Below, in pieces: positions 63,380-64,000 of a stretch of 64,000 nucleotides of DNA. Below the pieces are notes generated by a model, which was not told the DNA's origin, ran no database searches, and saw only the letters and a list, made by a program, of their open reading frames with translations. Both the position numbers and the translations under genes were made by a program. The stretch's first letter is position 1, and each line of letters starts with the position of its first letter. Source of the stretch: the human T2T-CHM13v2.0 reference genome, Homo sapiens; the NCBI RefSeq assembly GCF_009914755.1, contig NC_060941.1; one strand, given 5' to 3'.

Positions 63380-63659
63380 CTAGCCCTCATGGACAGGAGC
63401 CGGCTCTCTCCCTCGTCCTCCCCCAGGTGCTGTGAGTGCCTCCACTGGCACCTCAACATCACACTGCACACACATCCCTCCTGTCCCTGCCACCGCCTCC
63501 CTTCCATCCCATCCCTCTGCCGGTGGCCCTGTGTGAGTCTTGCCTCCGCAGATGGGTTATTTGATTCTGACCCAGTGTGTCCTGCCAGGGAGGAGCCATG
63601 TAGACTCCATGAAATCCATCTCCATTTCTCTGCAGTCTCCAGGGCATAGATTTGCTCCC

Positions 63660-63990
63660 ATCTCCCCCATCAGACTGGGATCGCCAAGACAAAAACCAGG
63701 CCCCTATCTCCTCCATTAGACTAGGAACCCTGGGGCTAGCATCATATCTTCTCCATCAGACTGGAATTTGGAGGACAAGGAGCATGTCCCTATTTCCCAT
63801 CAGGCTAGAGTCCCCAGAGACAGGACTGCTTTCGCTCATCCAAAAGCTGTCAAGAGCATAGATCATGAGACCATGTTCCTATCTTCCCATCAGATGACAA
63901 TCTCCAGAGGTGGGACCTGTCTCCTCCATCAGACTAGGATCTCCAAGGTAAGGACCAGTTCCCTGGCCCACCCCATCAGACCAGACAGCA
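63660..63990. repeat. Degenerate ~44-bp tandem array (CCATCAGACT core) in the last KRT17 intron
   Basis: Core at ~63667, 63713, 63753, 63797, 63887, 63926 and 63973. Confidence 0.7.
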
Positions 63991-64000
63991 TCTCTCTCAT

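Noticed and set aside
63660-63990. CRISPR-like repeat-spacer appearance (also 15511-15658)
   Set aside because: Eukaryotic intron context, degenerate repeats with mutually related spacers, no cas genes.

Overview
Human (primate) genomic DNA, a mosaic segmental duplication whose gene content matches the 17p11.2 SMS-REP/KER low-copy repeats. Almost everything genic is on the minus strand: an intact 11-exon tandem-repeat galectin-9 paralog (CDS 624-18146, LGALS9B most likely; LGALS9C not excluded from sequence alone); a processed TNPO1 pseudogene (~31.7-34.8 kb) abutting a 2.2 kb AT-rich, UTR-like block; two inverted copies of a genomic YWHAE (14-3-3 epsilon) exon-3 fragment (~640 bp arms); a KRT14-type promoter plus open exon 1 with no further exons; a full 8-exon KRT16 pseudogene; an HML-2 solo LTR5 with a 6-bp TSD; and the last exon of a KRT17 copy. 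The rest is Alu, L1, MIR, MLT and DNA-transposon debris. No RNA genes or CRISPR arrays are supported. Best leads: (1) a phase-compatible splice path KRT14-like exon 1 -> open YWHAE exon -> galectin exons 3-11; (2) the YWHAE fold-back palindrome; (3) a possible twin-primed structure for the TNPO1 retrocopy; (4) a non-Alu inverted repeat bracketing galectin exon 4. Parent-gene comparisons rely on my recall of the reference proteins and were not computed. Repeat boundaries are approximate.
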